From NCBI GenBank assembly GCA_002633005.1, contig NMRA01000260.1, positions 137,821-201,820 of the forward strand: a DNA stretch of 64,000 bases, written 5' to 3'. The DNA is from Phoronis australis (taxonomy: Eukaryota; Animalia; Phoronida). Positions 1 through 13,400 of the stretch are shown piece after piece. The position numbers and the translations under genes are program-made. The notes under the pieces were generated by a model. It was given only the letters and a program-made list of their open reading frames with translations. It did no database searches and was not told the DNA's origin. Positions within the stretch are counted from its first letter, which is position 1; each line of letters starts with the position of its first letter.

Positions 1-1857
1 TAAAGAACTAAGTTCTCACAGGTTAAGTCGAAACGGGTTAAACGATAGCAGTGCTTGATCCACCGGGACATGACTCATACTCGTGTATACTACACCTTAA
101 AGAAACTGAAAAACATTTAGGACAAACTGTGAGTAATAAATTATCAAGAATGACCGTGTTAATGCGTGTAAATGTTTGACGAAACGTCTGAAAAAACAAG
201 TCAACAGTTAAAAATTCTTCTTGCATTCGCTTGACCGTCAAGTGTGAAGCAAAATTCTCACTAACAAGAATTCCTCATTGAAGTTGACATGCGGTGCAAA
301 TAATAGTTTCTAATACGTATTCATCCCTGAAAGACGCAACTCTTTCCAAAAGCTGACAGAAACTTCTGTCTGAGTTCTTTACCAGCTTAAAGATGTTTCG
401 AATCTATTTGCTTCTCATTAAATTTCCTGGAGAGCTACTGAGATTTATTGGAAAAGATTTCTCAACTGGCATTGGCTTACTCTCATAAACATTTTGAATG
501 TCAACGACACTTTACTTGGTACAGTTTTCTCCTTTATTTTTCTCTCAAAGGTGAACAAACAGTGGGGCCTCCTATATCATTATTCATACGCGTGGGAAGA
601 TCCTCTTTAGTGGGGAGGGTGAAAATGTGAGTGCGACTCACCGTAGACTTCACTTCTGTCACTCTCGACACCAGTTTCGCGCTCGCGGCCCCGCAAGTTG
701 ACACATTTCAGAAACTTTTCTCTCAAAACATTTCTTTCTCTTGAAAGTTTTACACTCATTTTACATTTGTCGTGTTTCTGGTCTTCTTGCATATTATTGT
801 GCATGCTTTTCAGGTCACAATTATACTCCGAACAAAACGAAAAAAATCATTGTGCACTGATAGCTACATCCCGGAATACCACAGCGCGCTTTTATAATCT
901 GCTGTATTTACCCACAATGCTGCGCGTCTTTAGGGCACTTTCCCCACAGTTGTTTCCGGTGCTAACCGAATATTTACTGTTGCACAGTCTTGACAAGTTG
1001 GTTGGGGCTGCAATATATTGTTCATTTCTTGTTCGTCTCGGCTCAGTAACGTTTGGTAACATAAACGTTCGAAAACTAGGTCAATCGTGCAACGAAATGT
1101 TCTACCTTTCCCGTAGAGAAAAATAGAACTCAACATTTGTCTATATTAAACGAATTTGAATAAGTGAGGTCTATAAAATCAGCAGGAACGAGTTCATTTG
1201 GCTACAGCTGCAAAAAGAATGTTTCGCAATAATTTCTTTAAGTTGTGAGAACACAGCTTTCCTATAACCAGTGGGCTGTAAGGTTCCTGGTATAGCTCAT
1301 TACTATAGCTAAGCATTTCAAGTAAAGCCCAAGCAGGACGTTGGTTTAGTTATTTTCAAGTGCGTTGTCTTTATCTTCTGGAAACCTTGAAATCAGTACA
1401 GGGTGACTCAAAATGGAATCCACAAAATTGTGTATAAAATTTTTAAAATTCTAATTCTTTTGGAAAGTTCAGGAATTCAGTGCAAAGTGACTGGTATGGT
1501 TGAAACTTTGTGGAAAGGTCGTCCACAGACAGAAGTTTGAATTTACCAAATTTGAAAAAAATAAATGGACTTATGTAGGATTATACTAAATTTTCACTGG
1601 ACTACAAGTACTTTTGCGGCCATTATCTGAAACTGTACTGTATCTAAATTTTCCGTCAGTTGGAGCCGGTTAAGTGGTTGTTATGTAACAGCAGGCATCT
1701 TGAACTAACTTTTGATGCCCGGCTCATTTTGTGCTGTGTCTGTTACATATCCGATTTTAAAACGTGGCTACAAGAATTATTTCTAGAAATAGCTTTTTGA
1801 ATATATTTTAAGGTGTTTCGATAATTGTGATGCAAGCCACGGTTTTAGCTCTCGGTG

Positions 1858-1992
1858 GCGTTCCGTAGACGCAAGAACCTCCAGAGTAAAGCTCACGTGG
1901 TCACGAGCTTCGCTTGCAATGCCTGGCGATATTTCGCCGGTGAAGTCTTGCGTGATCATGGTTTTTCGCGAAGTTCTCGGTCTATGGAACGC
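1858..1992. mobile_element. Short palindromic MITE-like hairpin (~135 bp)
   Basis: Ends GCGTTCCGTAGAC / GTCTATGGAACGC (12/13 complementary). Imperfect pairing continues inward to a central GGCGATATTTCGCC. Confidence 0.6.
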
Positions 1993-3372
1993 TGCACAGC
2001 CTTGATAATCTGAGGAGATTCAAGCGCTCTAGTTCACCAAACATGCTGCCCTGGGGGTCAAACTTCTGTCCGTCTTAATCGTGCAATCTGTTAAGGGTGT
2101 TTACTTGTTCAATTCAAAATATCCATCAACGACTTGTGCGACTGCAGGTGTATCTAATTAATTCCGACCTTATCCCATAATCCCATTATCTACTTCATAT
2201 CATCTTGAATATGATGTGCTTGTTTGGCAAACTATGATTGATGCAGTTCACGATTCCACGGATGGAAACGCTCTTAAAGCTACCATTCCTCCCGACGTAT
2301 ACAAAAATATTAAATCAATTCACATTATGAAAACAGACAACCATTTTCCTTGCAGTGAAAGCAATTGATTCCAACGATCTAAATAGGAATTAAGACACCA
2401 CTGAAGGCGTCCAAGTTTGGAAAGCGAACTCGCCAGTCTTTTCTAAAGTGCTGGATTTTAACCACTTTCTTCTTGTTTAAATATCTATTTTAGGTCGTGG
2501 ATCATGTGGAAAATGTGCCTTTAAAACAGTCTCATGGCTCCAATATTACCTTAAGGTGTGTGTTCTGCTAAATGAATCAAAGCATTTCAAATGTGAACAA
2601 GGAGATCTAACTCGATTTAATGGTGTCACAGGCAATGCATGTATGAATTCTCGGTAACGTTTTTCTCTTATTTATGGGAAAGCGAACTTTCACTTACAAC
2701 TGTTCAAGCATGTGGCCAGAGATTCTCCAGGTGAAGATTGATAAAGGTGCTACCAATTGTCTCAAGGCTGTGCTTAATCTTACACCCGAACATCGAAATG
2801 AATAAGTATAGACATCCAACAAATTAACGGTGAAAAGGAATCACAAGATTATTCGTACCTGGTAGTGTCATGAGAAATGACTTAAGTCAGAAATTTGGCC
2901 TTTCTTTGAAAAATAATTAAACCTCACTTAACAAAAAAATTAAGTCACTGAGAATATACTGTCACTTGCTAATTACTGGGGTATCTACTTATTTGTTATT
3001 GGCTGTGATGCACTTATAAAAACATAGCAAAACGTTAATTCAATAACGGTAGGATCAAATCCCTGGCTTAAATCTTTTTAGTTTTAAAAGTCACTTGTCG
3101 TAAAACAGGCCTTTGGTGTTACTGTAGACTACACTACATCGACCGCTAACTCCGTTTTTTCTCAATGCACAAAACCTGTGACCTTATGCACAAGCTACGA
3201 CCTACATTGGCTGCGATATCACTATTCACTAGCGGCACCTAGTGTAATGCACGTTTTACTTCCGTCAAGTAACGTCGTCTACTCATTAACTGAAAGATGA
3301 GTTGTACATTGGAAGAGAGTACCACCTCCTCCGAAAATTCTGCAAGAAAGTATGTGTTGTCAATGATCTTAA

Positions 3373-4215
3373 AGGAGAATGCCACCCAAAAAACAACCGA
3401 TTTTGTATTTTTGTATCAGTTAAGATCGAGTAGTTCCACTCGATAACAGCAAGATCAGGTGTTTTATCTGACACCTGACCGCAGACGGAGGTGTTGAAAT
3501 TAACCAATGACGTAATAGGTTCGAACGCAGTCTGTTCAGTCGTGCACAACACGCTTACTGGTGTCAACGTATGGCTTGAATTCATCGTTTTACACCAACA
3601 AGTCATCAAAATTCGATGTAAAACCCTTACAAATACATCGAATTCTTGAACAAACGTGTTGTTTTATTTCACTGTTACGGCTTTATAGGTATTTGAACGT
3701 ACCGTAGCCTACAGAGTTCAGTAGGCTAATTTACCATGGTCGATAGCGGGGGTTTGGGAGAGCTCATCCGACGAAGACTTCACAGGTGGATCGTTAGGTT
3801 TCACAGGGTATCAATTCGAATCGGAATACACTGAACTTGTACAGGCAACAGAACGTATGGATAGTTTTTTGGTAAGCCGGCATTCGTCAGAGAAATCACT
3901 GTCGACGAAATGCTGGCCATTGACACGGAGATGTTTCACGGCCTCATACCTGCTATTAACAGCGTACTTTTCATTCTTCGTTATCAAATTCCTAAGCATT
4001 TCGGGCTCTCGAGGAAAATATATATATACCCGCTTTCCTCGCAGCCTCATAGCTCGGACAAGCGGGAACGATGCACCGCAACATAGTCGCTGCGTCGTTT
4101 CTCACCTTCCTCACAAGTTAACGCGACAAGGTAAGGTCGACCATATGCGAGGTGATGTGGATATAGACCGATTAAGACGGTAAAAAAGACTAATTAAATC
4201 GGGTGGCATTCTCCT
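3373..4215. mobile_element. Non-autonomous DNA transposon, Kolobok-like (843 bp)
   Basis: Perfect 15-bp TIR AGGAGAATGCCACCC (3373-3387) / GGGTGGCATTCTCCT (4201-4215), with TTAA on both sides (3369-3372, 4216-4219). A TTAA TSD with purine-purine termini fits Kolobok rather than piggyBac (CCY). No transposase ORF. Confidence 0.85.
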
Positions 4216-7200
4216 TTAAGTGTAGCGAAATTATAGAGAATCACAAAAGTCGGATTAAACTTTGCCGTGACTTTATATTACGCGATACGCGTGTCTCGAA
4301 AACAAATTTGCTTTACTTTTCCTCCACAGTGTCACCAACAATTGCACAACTCTACCCTGCTGGCTACCAGTTTTACTCTGTTGGCCAGTTTCAATCACCC
4401 CTCCAGTTGTGCAAAGTCACTGTCTGCCCCCGATAGCCTCTTTGTTATGCTACCGAGTCTTGCCGCTCACCCACTTGCATTACGAATCTCATCACCATCA
4501 CCATTAAGTTTAAGATATAGTAGTAATATTAGGCTTAAATGCTTTTTCTCAGCAGATGATGCTTTCCTGTGAGGTGGTAAGTGATCGTCATCAAGACGAC
4601 GCCCTCGCCAGAAGCCTGTTACCGGCAAATAAGTGATGAGTGTTGTTCAAATTACGAAACAAATTGAGGACGATGGTAAACATGAACAAACAAGATAAAA
4701 TACTTAACTCGAACTTGTGACCTGTGACAGGTGTGGAGAGTGTAGAGTGAACCCTGTGCGAACCTTATAGTTTGTTTGAATATACACCTTGTTGTCTGTT
4801 TAGACATGGGTTTTTTGTAGTGGAGCATAAAGCAATTTTTTATTTCCTCCCTCTTTTAAATTGTAGCCCTTTTCCCTAACGGGTAAATCACAATCAAGGT
4901 CCATATTCGAGAGTTGACTGTGTTACGAGCTAAAATAAAATTTTCTGGTCACTTATCAAGTGCCAACTGGATCTCATACGCAAAGGGCTATTTAGTTGGC
5001 AAAATAAAAAAGAATTATCAAAATCGTTTGAGAAATATATGTCAATTTTGTCTCTGAGTTTCATGCATTTTTCTCGTTACAAGTTGCCATTTTAAAATTC
5101 CACCTGCTAAATGTCAACAGTAGAAAAGAAATTTGTTGTATTAAGTAAGCAATTGTTTTGATATGAATAGAAATCACTCAAGTCACTTTAGAATCACTTA
5201 GAGGAAGTTGTGCTTAATCATTGAGGAATGGTATAGTTCACCCTAAAACAGGAGCTTGTTACGAAATTTGTAATTTTTGTGTTTCTAACCCTCATCTACT
5301 GTAAAGAAGGCTAAGAAGTAAATTTCACACTCTATTACAAAAAGAACTGCGAAATATGTTAGTCTAAGCAACACAGCAAGTCTGTATATTAACTGGGTTC
5401 CGCTATGTTGAAAAAGGGCCAAAAAGGCTAACAAAATCTAGTTTACTTACCCCAAAGTGAAATATTCATTAATACAAATCGTGATTGCAAATGAAATTAT
5501 TGCTTTTTAAATAACAACATGGTGCTGATTATCATCAACGAAAAATAAATGGTCGTACAGCATAATGTTACCATGAGATGCAGAAACGGTGATGTAGTAC
5601 ATGTTTTGAGTGAAATATTAGCATTTGTGTAGTGTACGTACCCCTGCATTTCAACATGTGCCTATGTTCAAAGAATGACAGAAATGCAGTTTTAGTTTAT
5701 TCTCTTTGCATACATTTGGTAAATGAACTAAATCTCAGTAGGTTCTTGGTATTTAGTTATTAACTTGACATGTTGTTGAAATGTAGTGTAGGTACCTCTG
5801 TAGTGCACGTACCTTCAACCTCTGTGCAATAAAATAATGCCTGTTCTCGTGAGCAATACTGGTATATCCAAAATGCATCCAGTCTGACAAAAATACAATG
5901 GATATTATCAAATTTGTGAGCAATAGAATGACACACAGGACTTAGCCAGTAACATCCTAGAAGACATGCCATGACAATAGTCCTTTTGCGAGTTTATAAC
6001 AATAACGCGAGATTACGTGAGACTTAACTGTGACGTCACGGGAAGTGGGGCAAAAGCTTGTTGTTTGGCTCATTTGCCCAATACGTTAGCAGAGTGTGTT
6101 CTGTTATTTTCTTCCACTTTTTGGCCGTTAAGTTCGAAAAATGCCAAACAAGCATTGCTGTTATGGTAAATGAAATTCAGATTCGCACTACAATACGTTC
6201 TATCGCGTTTTGTACTAATTTCGTTTTGTGTATTTTAAACGGGCGATAGGCGAAATCCGCTCACTGATTAAGTTTTCACCACGTCAAAAATACATTCTAC
6301 ATCTAAAATTGTCACCTAAAAAGACGCTTACTTTCTCCAGTGGTCCTTTCTGCTTCTAAACATATCTTCGATGAAGCATAGCTACGGGAATTCAGGTGAC
6401 TTTGGCGAAGAATTCCAACTCCACATTAAGGTTACTGTTAACTTCAACCGCGCGCGCGGTAACCGCAAAGTAGTTCAACTGGTCAGGTGAGTATGAGGCA
6501 AAGGCTAGCACGAGACTGAGTGAAGCGCGAGACCTGGCGCGTGACACTTGCAAAATAACATGAGAACATATCAAGTGAATTTGTAAGATTTGTTTTCCTT
6601 GGACTTATTGTTCGTGATTTCACGTAACTTCCTCAAAATGGCGCACTGTGAGAGAAACTTGAGCGAACAGCGAGGTTTTCATGGATAGGTTCAAGTTATT
6701 TGTAGACTAAAATGTATCCAGAGTCAGGGTATGTGTTAATTAATTATAACTCCATGTGCGCATATGCATGTTTCATTTGATTTTATTTGCTGTATTTTGA
6801 AGTGAGTAAGTTCTTATGGGGATAAAGGTTTATTGACAAATAGTATCGTTCAGATACAGAATAAGGAAGTCCACATTACTAAATCATGCGTTCACCTACA
6901 AAATTGAACGAGGATGATGGCATAGGCCATGAAAATGACATCGAAGAAATCTTTGTCGCCGAGTCATGGAGACAGAGCAACTAATGGCCTAGAGCAAATG
7001 GTTATTTTGTGGAAATAGAGGATACCTGTATAAGGCGGGAAAAGAGTGATTCGGGTCTGACGTACTCTCACTTGCTGGGACCACACTCACAACACGTACC
7101 ATTAGAATCAACTGACTTGTGCTCAAAGTATAGGCGTTTATCGGCCGGGATGTCGTATAAGACAAATTACCACAGGTACGAAATTAAATAAAACAAAACC

Positions 7201-7249
7201 AAAAGTAACAACATGTTATGCAGTTGCTGTGACTAACGCTTTGGGGCAA

Positions 7250-7443
7250 AGGTCGCAAGTCTGGTCGTAGCTAGTCGTAGCCACGTTTTTGCAAACCCGC
7301 AAGCTACGTTTTTAGAATAGCGAAACCGTTGCAGCTGACGGTAGTTGATTCTTCATATTCAGAGTTAGCATGAAAAAACGCTTTCACGAGTCACGTCGAT
7401 TGAAATTGAACTTACGTCTTTGCTAAGACCGGACTTGCGACCC
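7250..7443. mobile_element. MITE, possibly PIF/Harbinger-like
   Basis: TIR GGTCGCAAGTCTGGTCGTAGC (7251-7271) vs GCTAAGACCGGACTTGCGACC (7422-7442), 19/21 match. Flanks CAA / TAA are compatible with a decayed TAA TSD. Confidence 0.65.
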
Positions 7444-10400
7444 TAACTGGGTTGAGTAAAGCTAAACGACACTGGGGGAAGACAAACCACTTCGACATAG
7501 TGAGGAAATGCTTTAGATGAACAATGTTATACCTTTCAGAGGAGATACTACCTGGGACACCTCAGGTATTTTGATAGCCTCAAAAATTTTCCTATCACGT
7601 GATTAACTCAATGGCTGTTGTTCCCACATCCTCCCAGTGGAAATTATAAATTACAAAAATACTCAAAGTGTACCGTATGGTACTAATCGTGCACTACTAA
7701 GCGCAGAGTGTGGGGACGATCTTGCCACTCCGTTTAGCTATATTCCTCTGGGTACTGTATTTGATGAGATCCGTTGGGCCAACGACTTATCATCGTCGCC
7801 ACTAAACAGCGATTTGTCAGTCTTTCACAAACCCAAAAATCACCCCCCCCCCGCACGAAACAAGTTGATTTTTAAAAGAACGCTGGGGCATAGCATGAAC
7901 TCCTGATACTCGTGATAAATATGCTTGGTTCTGTGCGGTCAAACATTTGATTTACGCAAGCGATTACATAATGCAAGTTCGTACTTGATGTAGACCCCTG
8001 GCCATAGATTAAAGAAACATGATCAACTCCTGATTGAGCTCGAAATCCAAGTTTTCACTCGTCTGATCGCTATATTTAGAGACAAATGCAAGGAGCCAAA
8101 CGGAAAACGTCAACCAGAATCTCATGTTTTGCAGGCGTGCGTTCCGTGGAGCAATTTTCTTGCAATAAAAACGAAATCACGTAATACCACACAAAATCTC
8201 GCGAGCCTTTAGCGAGTAAACACGAGAAGAGATCTTACTGATAGACTAAGAAAACAGCCTCTACTAAGGTGATTGGAAAGCGAAATTGGAATGCCATGGT
8301 TAAATTACCAGGGAAATTCACGGTCTGCATCCCGTAACTATAAGATGATTTTCGCTGTATCATGCGAGCGTATTGAGTTACCGTTTTCCGAGGGGCGAAC
8401 GTTTTATTATTATTATCGCACGGCACTTGCTCTTTTTCGCATATACGTATATGTATATATCATAAATGATTTTTATACGGAGTGTGGATTCATATCAAAC
8501 AAAGCAGGGGAAATGTAGGGAATGCATGCCAGTTTCTCTCCAAGCCACACAGCAGGAGGTCGTGGTGAGACATCTCCGGAAAGCGTGATCCCATACGAAA
8601 GCAACAAGCAATTGTTTCCCTTCAACGTCAGTGATAAAGAACTTGTTATAACAAAGTTGACATGAAGAGCACGCTGTGAACTTCCTCGACGTTGACAATA
8701 AACAAACAGTGAGAGGAACGCCGTGATAAGCACGGACTGAAAAACTGCTCCACCTTTGGGGTAAATGTACTTTCATTTCCTTCCGCCACCTAGAGATCTG
8801 TGTTGCATCTTGTTAGTTTGACCGACATTTTCCTTGGTACTGTAACTTTTTGAAATGCATTTCGTTATATGTTATAAGACGTACTTACATGATCACCTAT
8901 AAATAAACATGCCTTGGTGCTGTTAAGACTAATAACCTCATAATAATACAATTTCTTCAGACTTCATAACCCTATCACACCTATTTTAATAACTAAAATT
9001 CCGCTACCAGAATTGGTGGACGTAAACACCAAAGTGCAGCCAGCACTACACAAAAAGTCTTCTTGCCTTGTTTTGATATGTTTAAAGTAGTCAATGGCTA
9101 TTATACATATAAAACCTTAGTTTAGTTGTTACCTTCGACTACTACAAGTCTCACTCTTGTCACTTTAAGTTGCGCATAGCAAGTAGGAACGACTTGTGTA
9201 GATGCATGACTATTTGTATTGTGAATGGCTAAATAGACGATCTATGTATCTATCTATCTAAGAGCAAGTGCGGGATTCGCGCACAAAAGCAATATGCGCA
9301 TTCTTAACAAGATCTGAATTTAGTTTGTGTTGTCTGCTAACTGGCTATTCATGGGCTTAATGTTTTTATCAATAGGTAAAATTTTGCATTTGATGAAGTT
9401 TCTCTATTAGGAATAACATGGTGAGAAAACGTTTTTAACATACAGTGTATATAATAGAAAGCAATCACAAAAGCATAAAGATGTATGTGTAAGCGTCACC
9501 GTGAGTTTTTACAGTGTTCTGGTAATTTGTTATCATTATATCGTTTACATAGCATTGCATATAAGGTAATAAATGGTCCATTTGTCTCCCCATAGTTGAG
9601 CGCTACACGATGACACTACGTGTTTACAAGGCAGTCTAGACATGTTTAAGAAATATCCACCATGGGCACTTCCTAATGTTACAAACGACAGCCATGCAGT
9701 ACCAGACTGTGATGAATAGCTATAAGATCAGTCCTCTCCCTTTACATTCAGAAGCACGCAATATGATGGAGTATAGCTTGAAGGGTATTTAGGACGTGTA
9801 CGTATTAACAAAGTTATTTCAGCACCACGCATGATAATGCAATCTCATTGGTATCTTAACCCAACTTCAAATAAACTTTGATTTGCTTTACTTAACTTTA
9901 TTTTATTTCAACTTATTTTACTTTACTTTTATCTGTTAGAATTTAGTCTTTAAAAATACCCGACATTCACGATATTCTGCTGTTCGAGTTACATAATTAA
10001 TTGCATTATAAGACTTTCGTCATCATAACTATGTATGTCTTTTTTGGAATCAGTCATCACCGAGGGGCACAGTGGAGCCATGCCGGTCTATCTACCGATG
10101 GGCACAGCGGAGCCATGCCCCACCCTGTTCAACGCAACCCCTACCCTCTGCCCTAGCCTTTGTAGTCATTCATTCCAGTTTTGCGTTTGGTCTCCCTGTT
10201 CATTGGAAAAGTGTCACCAGGATGCCACTCATTGCACCCCCCCCCCCACCCCCCACCTTCGGTCGCCAATATCAATACGCTATTGCCAGTTATATACTGT
10301 CTTTTCTAAACCCAAAGTAAGAGATTGGAGTGAAGTAACCAAGCAAGACAATCTCGTGGCCCAGTCTCGTACTCGTGTTAACAACGTCCTTTGTTTGCAA

Positions 10401-13400
10401 TACGTTTCACGGGTAATGTATGTTTAGCAAGGCCTGCCCGCTACTAAATATCAAGCTAAAGTGATTTACAGCTGGTAGATCTCAAATTTCTAGTAGTAGT
10501 TCTCTAAACACAAACACGCCATCTGTTCCACGTAAGCCTAAGCCATAAATACCCGGAATAAATACAGTGCTGGACTCGCAAATCGCGAGACGCTGTCAAT
10601 TCCACTGTTTTATTTATGAACACCTTTAAAAATAAACAATTCCATTCATTTTCAAAGGTACCTAGTCAGAACAACGGAGCAGTTAAACTTGCTGTTTCAC
10701 TAAAAAAAACTCTTGTAAAAACAATGGAACAAAATATAAGAAATTTGCAGAGAGGTTGATAGTTTTTCAATTCTTGGTATATACAAGCAAAGACGTTAAA
10801 TAAGATATCAAACAGTTAGGAATGAAGTCTGTTGCCTTTGAACTTTTCAGTCGTATAAATCAGGGGCCCAGTCATAGTTAAGATGGACGTGAAATTTCAC
10901 TGCAAAAGCAACGCTGCGTTTTTCATGAGATAGAAAGGTTGCAACTGACATTGAGTTGGTGTTTTTTCTTATTCACAGGTCACAGCGGTGAACTTAGTAT
11001 ACAAACGAAGATCAAGGTTACGACCGCCGTAGCCGATCAGATCTTTGATAAAACGGGCCTCAAAACTTTATTTTATTTTTCGTTTGTTAGAAGCAAATTT
11101 CATTGTCTACTGCCCGGCCAACACCACCAAACTTAACCACATTTGCGAATACACAAGACACCAGCGCGTAAAAATAAGAAGCTTTCGCTCTTCCAGCAGC
11201 CAGTAAATATTGGAATTTTTTGACAATAGTCCGAAATATGTGAGCCTGCTACTTAAGGGGAAGTTCATGTATAATTCACAGTAACGGCCTGAGGTGAAAG
11301 AGGCACCAAGTATCGTACAGGTAAACCGGGAATTTCAACGTTGTTTAGGTCTCAATATTGAATTCTTACTCGAAGCGTTTTGGGATTTCAAACAGTGTTA
11401 TACTGGCCTGAATTGTTGATGAATGACCCAGAAACTTAAGTCTCAGGCAATGCGTATAAATATGCGCTGTATTCAAGTTCGCAGATCTTTTGTTGGTTAA
11501 CACCAATGAACTCCGAACGTTTTCTGGAGTCGTCGATAATTTGATGTTTTTGTTGATGATTGAAATTGAGTATTATCAGTGTAAGGAATATTTGGCGTCC
11601 GATTTTATGAGCGTAAGCGACTTTTCCGGTTTTTACATCTAAATACTGTCGCTTTTCGATGCACGAACATTCCAAATAGCTAAAAATAATCAAATATTTC
11701 TATGTACATAAGAAGAAACGACTTTTTGAGTGACGTAGTAATTAAGCAGCCAGAAATTATAGACACTGCAGTCAAAAGAAATTACCTTTGTGATATCCTT
11801 GCACGACAGAGTACTCCGATAAAAACCAGACAGTAGCGGAACACGCGATCGCCAGTTGTTCCTGATATACATGTATAACAAACTGATACCGTTCAGTCTG
11901 TGCAGACAATATTATGGACGTGTTTAAATCACGTGATAAGCAGCTTGGTTAACGGCCTCGTTTTTGTCGACTTTTAACGACATTTTAATTAGGATATTAG
12001 CACTAAAATTTAGAAGTGTTGGGAAACGTTAGGTTGGTAAAGCTGCACCTGAAGGCTTTCTCTACCCGAGTTTTGTCATCCACGGCTGGTAAAAATGCGT
12101 ACCCGAGAAAATGCCACTATTTCCCACCACGCCATCTCCACAGTCACTCCACTTTTTGATGATACACTATTGGCGGAGGAATATCCTCAGCCTTTCCTTT
12201 GACACTCAGGGACTACAGACTGTCAGATATTTTTAGGCAAAGCTGTGTTAATCTAGAGTGCATTGTGGTGAATCTTTGAAAGACGTTATTTTATGGCACA
12301 TTTCCGGAATTGGAGATTATGGATCTTCTAAAAAATCATATTTCAAATTATGGTATTCCGGCCGTTTCCATTTCGTCACGGCAGGCTTTTTGAAACATAG
12401 CTGAGTTTTTTACGAAAACTACTACCTATGTCTGTTTGGGTATCAGGATGTACACAACAGAGGCTGCGTTCCGAAGCAAGTGTCTTGCGAGAATAGCGAA
12501 ATCGCACAAACCTTCCCTTGATATCGCCAAGCATTACTAGCGAGGTGCGTCGTAACACTAGTTTAACTCGTGAGTGCCTTGCGTCTACAGAACGCACCTC
12601 GGGAAGACTGTCAGCTGAAGGAGTCAGTCAAGCCAGTGGATGTATAGAGAGTCAAGGGTTTTCTTGAACGTTGTGGGACCCTGTTGACAAATGTGACTAT
12701 ACATTTAGCCAACTATCTACAAAAGTATAAAATTAAATTCAGCAAAGTACATACTTTCTGAAATCAGAAATTCCGAAGAAATTGTTTTGAGACACTAATT
12801 AAGTCACGTGATCTTGCTTTTAGAGAACTTAGCAAAGCAGAAAGATACATTCATAACGAAACAACAGGATCAATGACATGACCATAAATGTTAAAAATAA
12901 AATTTCAAAAACGTTGTTACAGTTGTCTAAATTATCATCTCGTTTTCTTTCTATGCAGCTTTTTTTCATAAAAGCCATTAAGTCTTATTTTTCAATAGCC
13001 TCTTATGCAAAAGTGGAACATTTTAAAAGCAATTTCTATTAGTGTTTTGAAGAACAATGAATAAAGCATAGTGTCTGAAAGTTTCCTATGAATCCAATCA
13101 GCCATTTCGGAGATACTTTGTTCAGAAGTTCGTCGAGACAAAACGGTGAGCTCCGGATTCCTGTTTGGGATACTCGGGTTAGAATCTTGGCTTTACTGGC
13201 TGACAATCGAGCATTGCACAACAGTGTTTCCTACTCCTCTCAGCTTGGTCTTACTAGTGAGTGTATGCAAGGGCGTGAATGAGAACCTGGATATAATGTC
13301 AAAGCGATTTCTGAAGCTGTGCTAAAAATTTTAAAATGTTGGGCAAATTTGATTTTTTCTAAGATCCTAGATAACCATTAAGTGAAACGGAAAACTTATA

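Noticed and set aside
6630-7000. AAAATGGCG start followed by a GTATGT donor, suggesting a small spliced gene
   Set aside because: Frames are closed by stops within ~15 codons and no recognisable protein results; at most a decayed transposon gene start.
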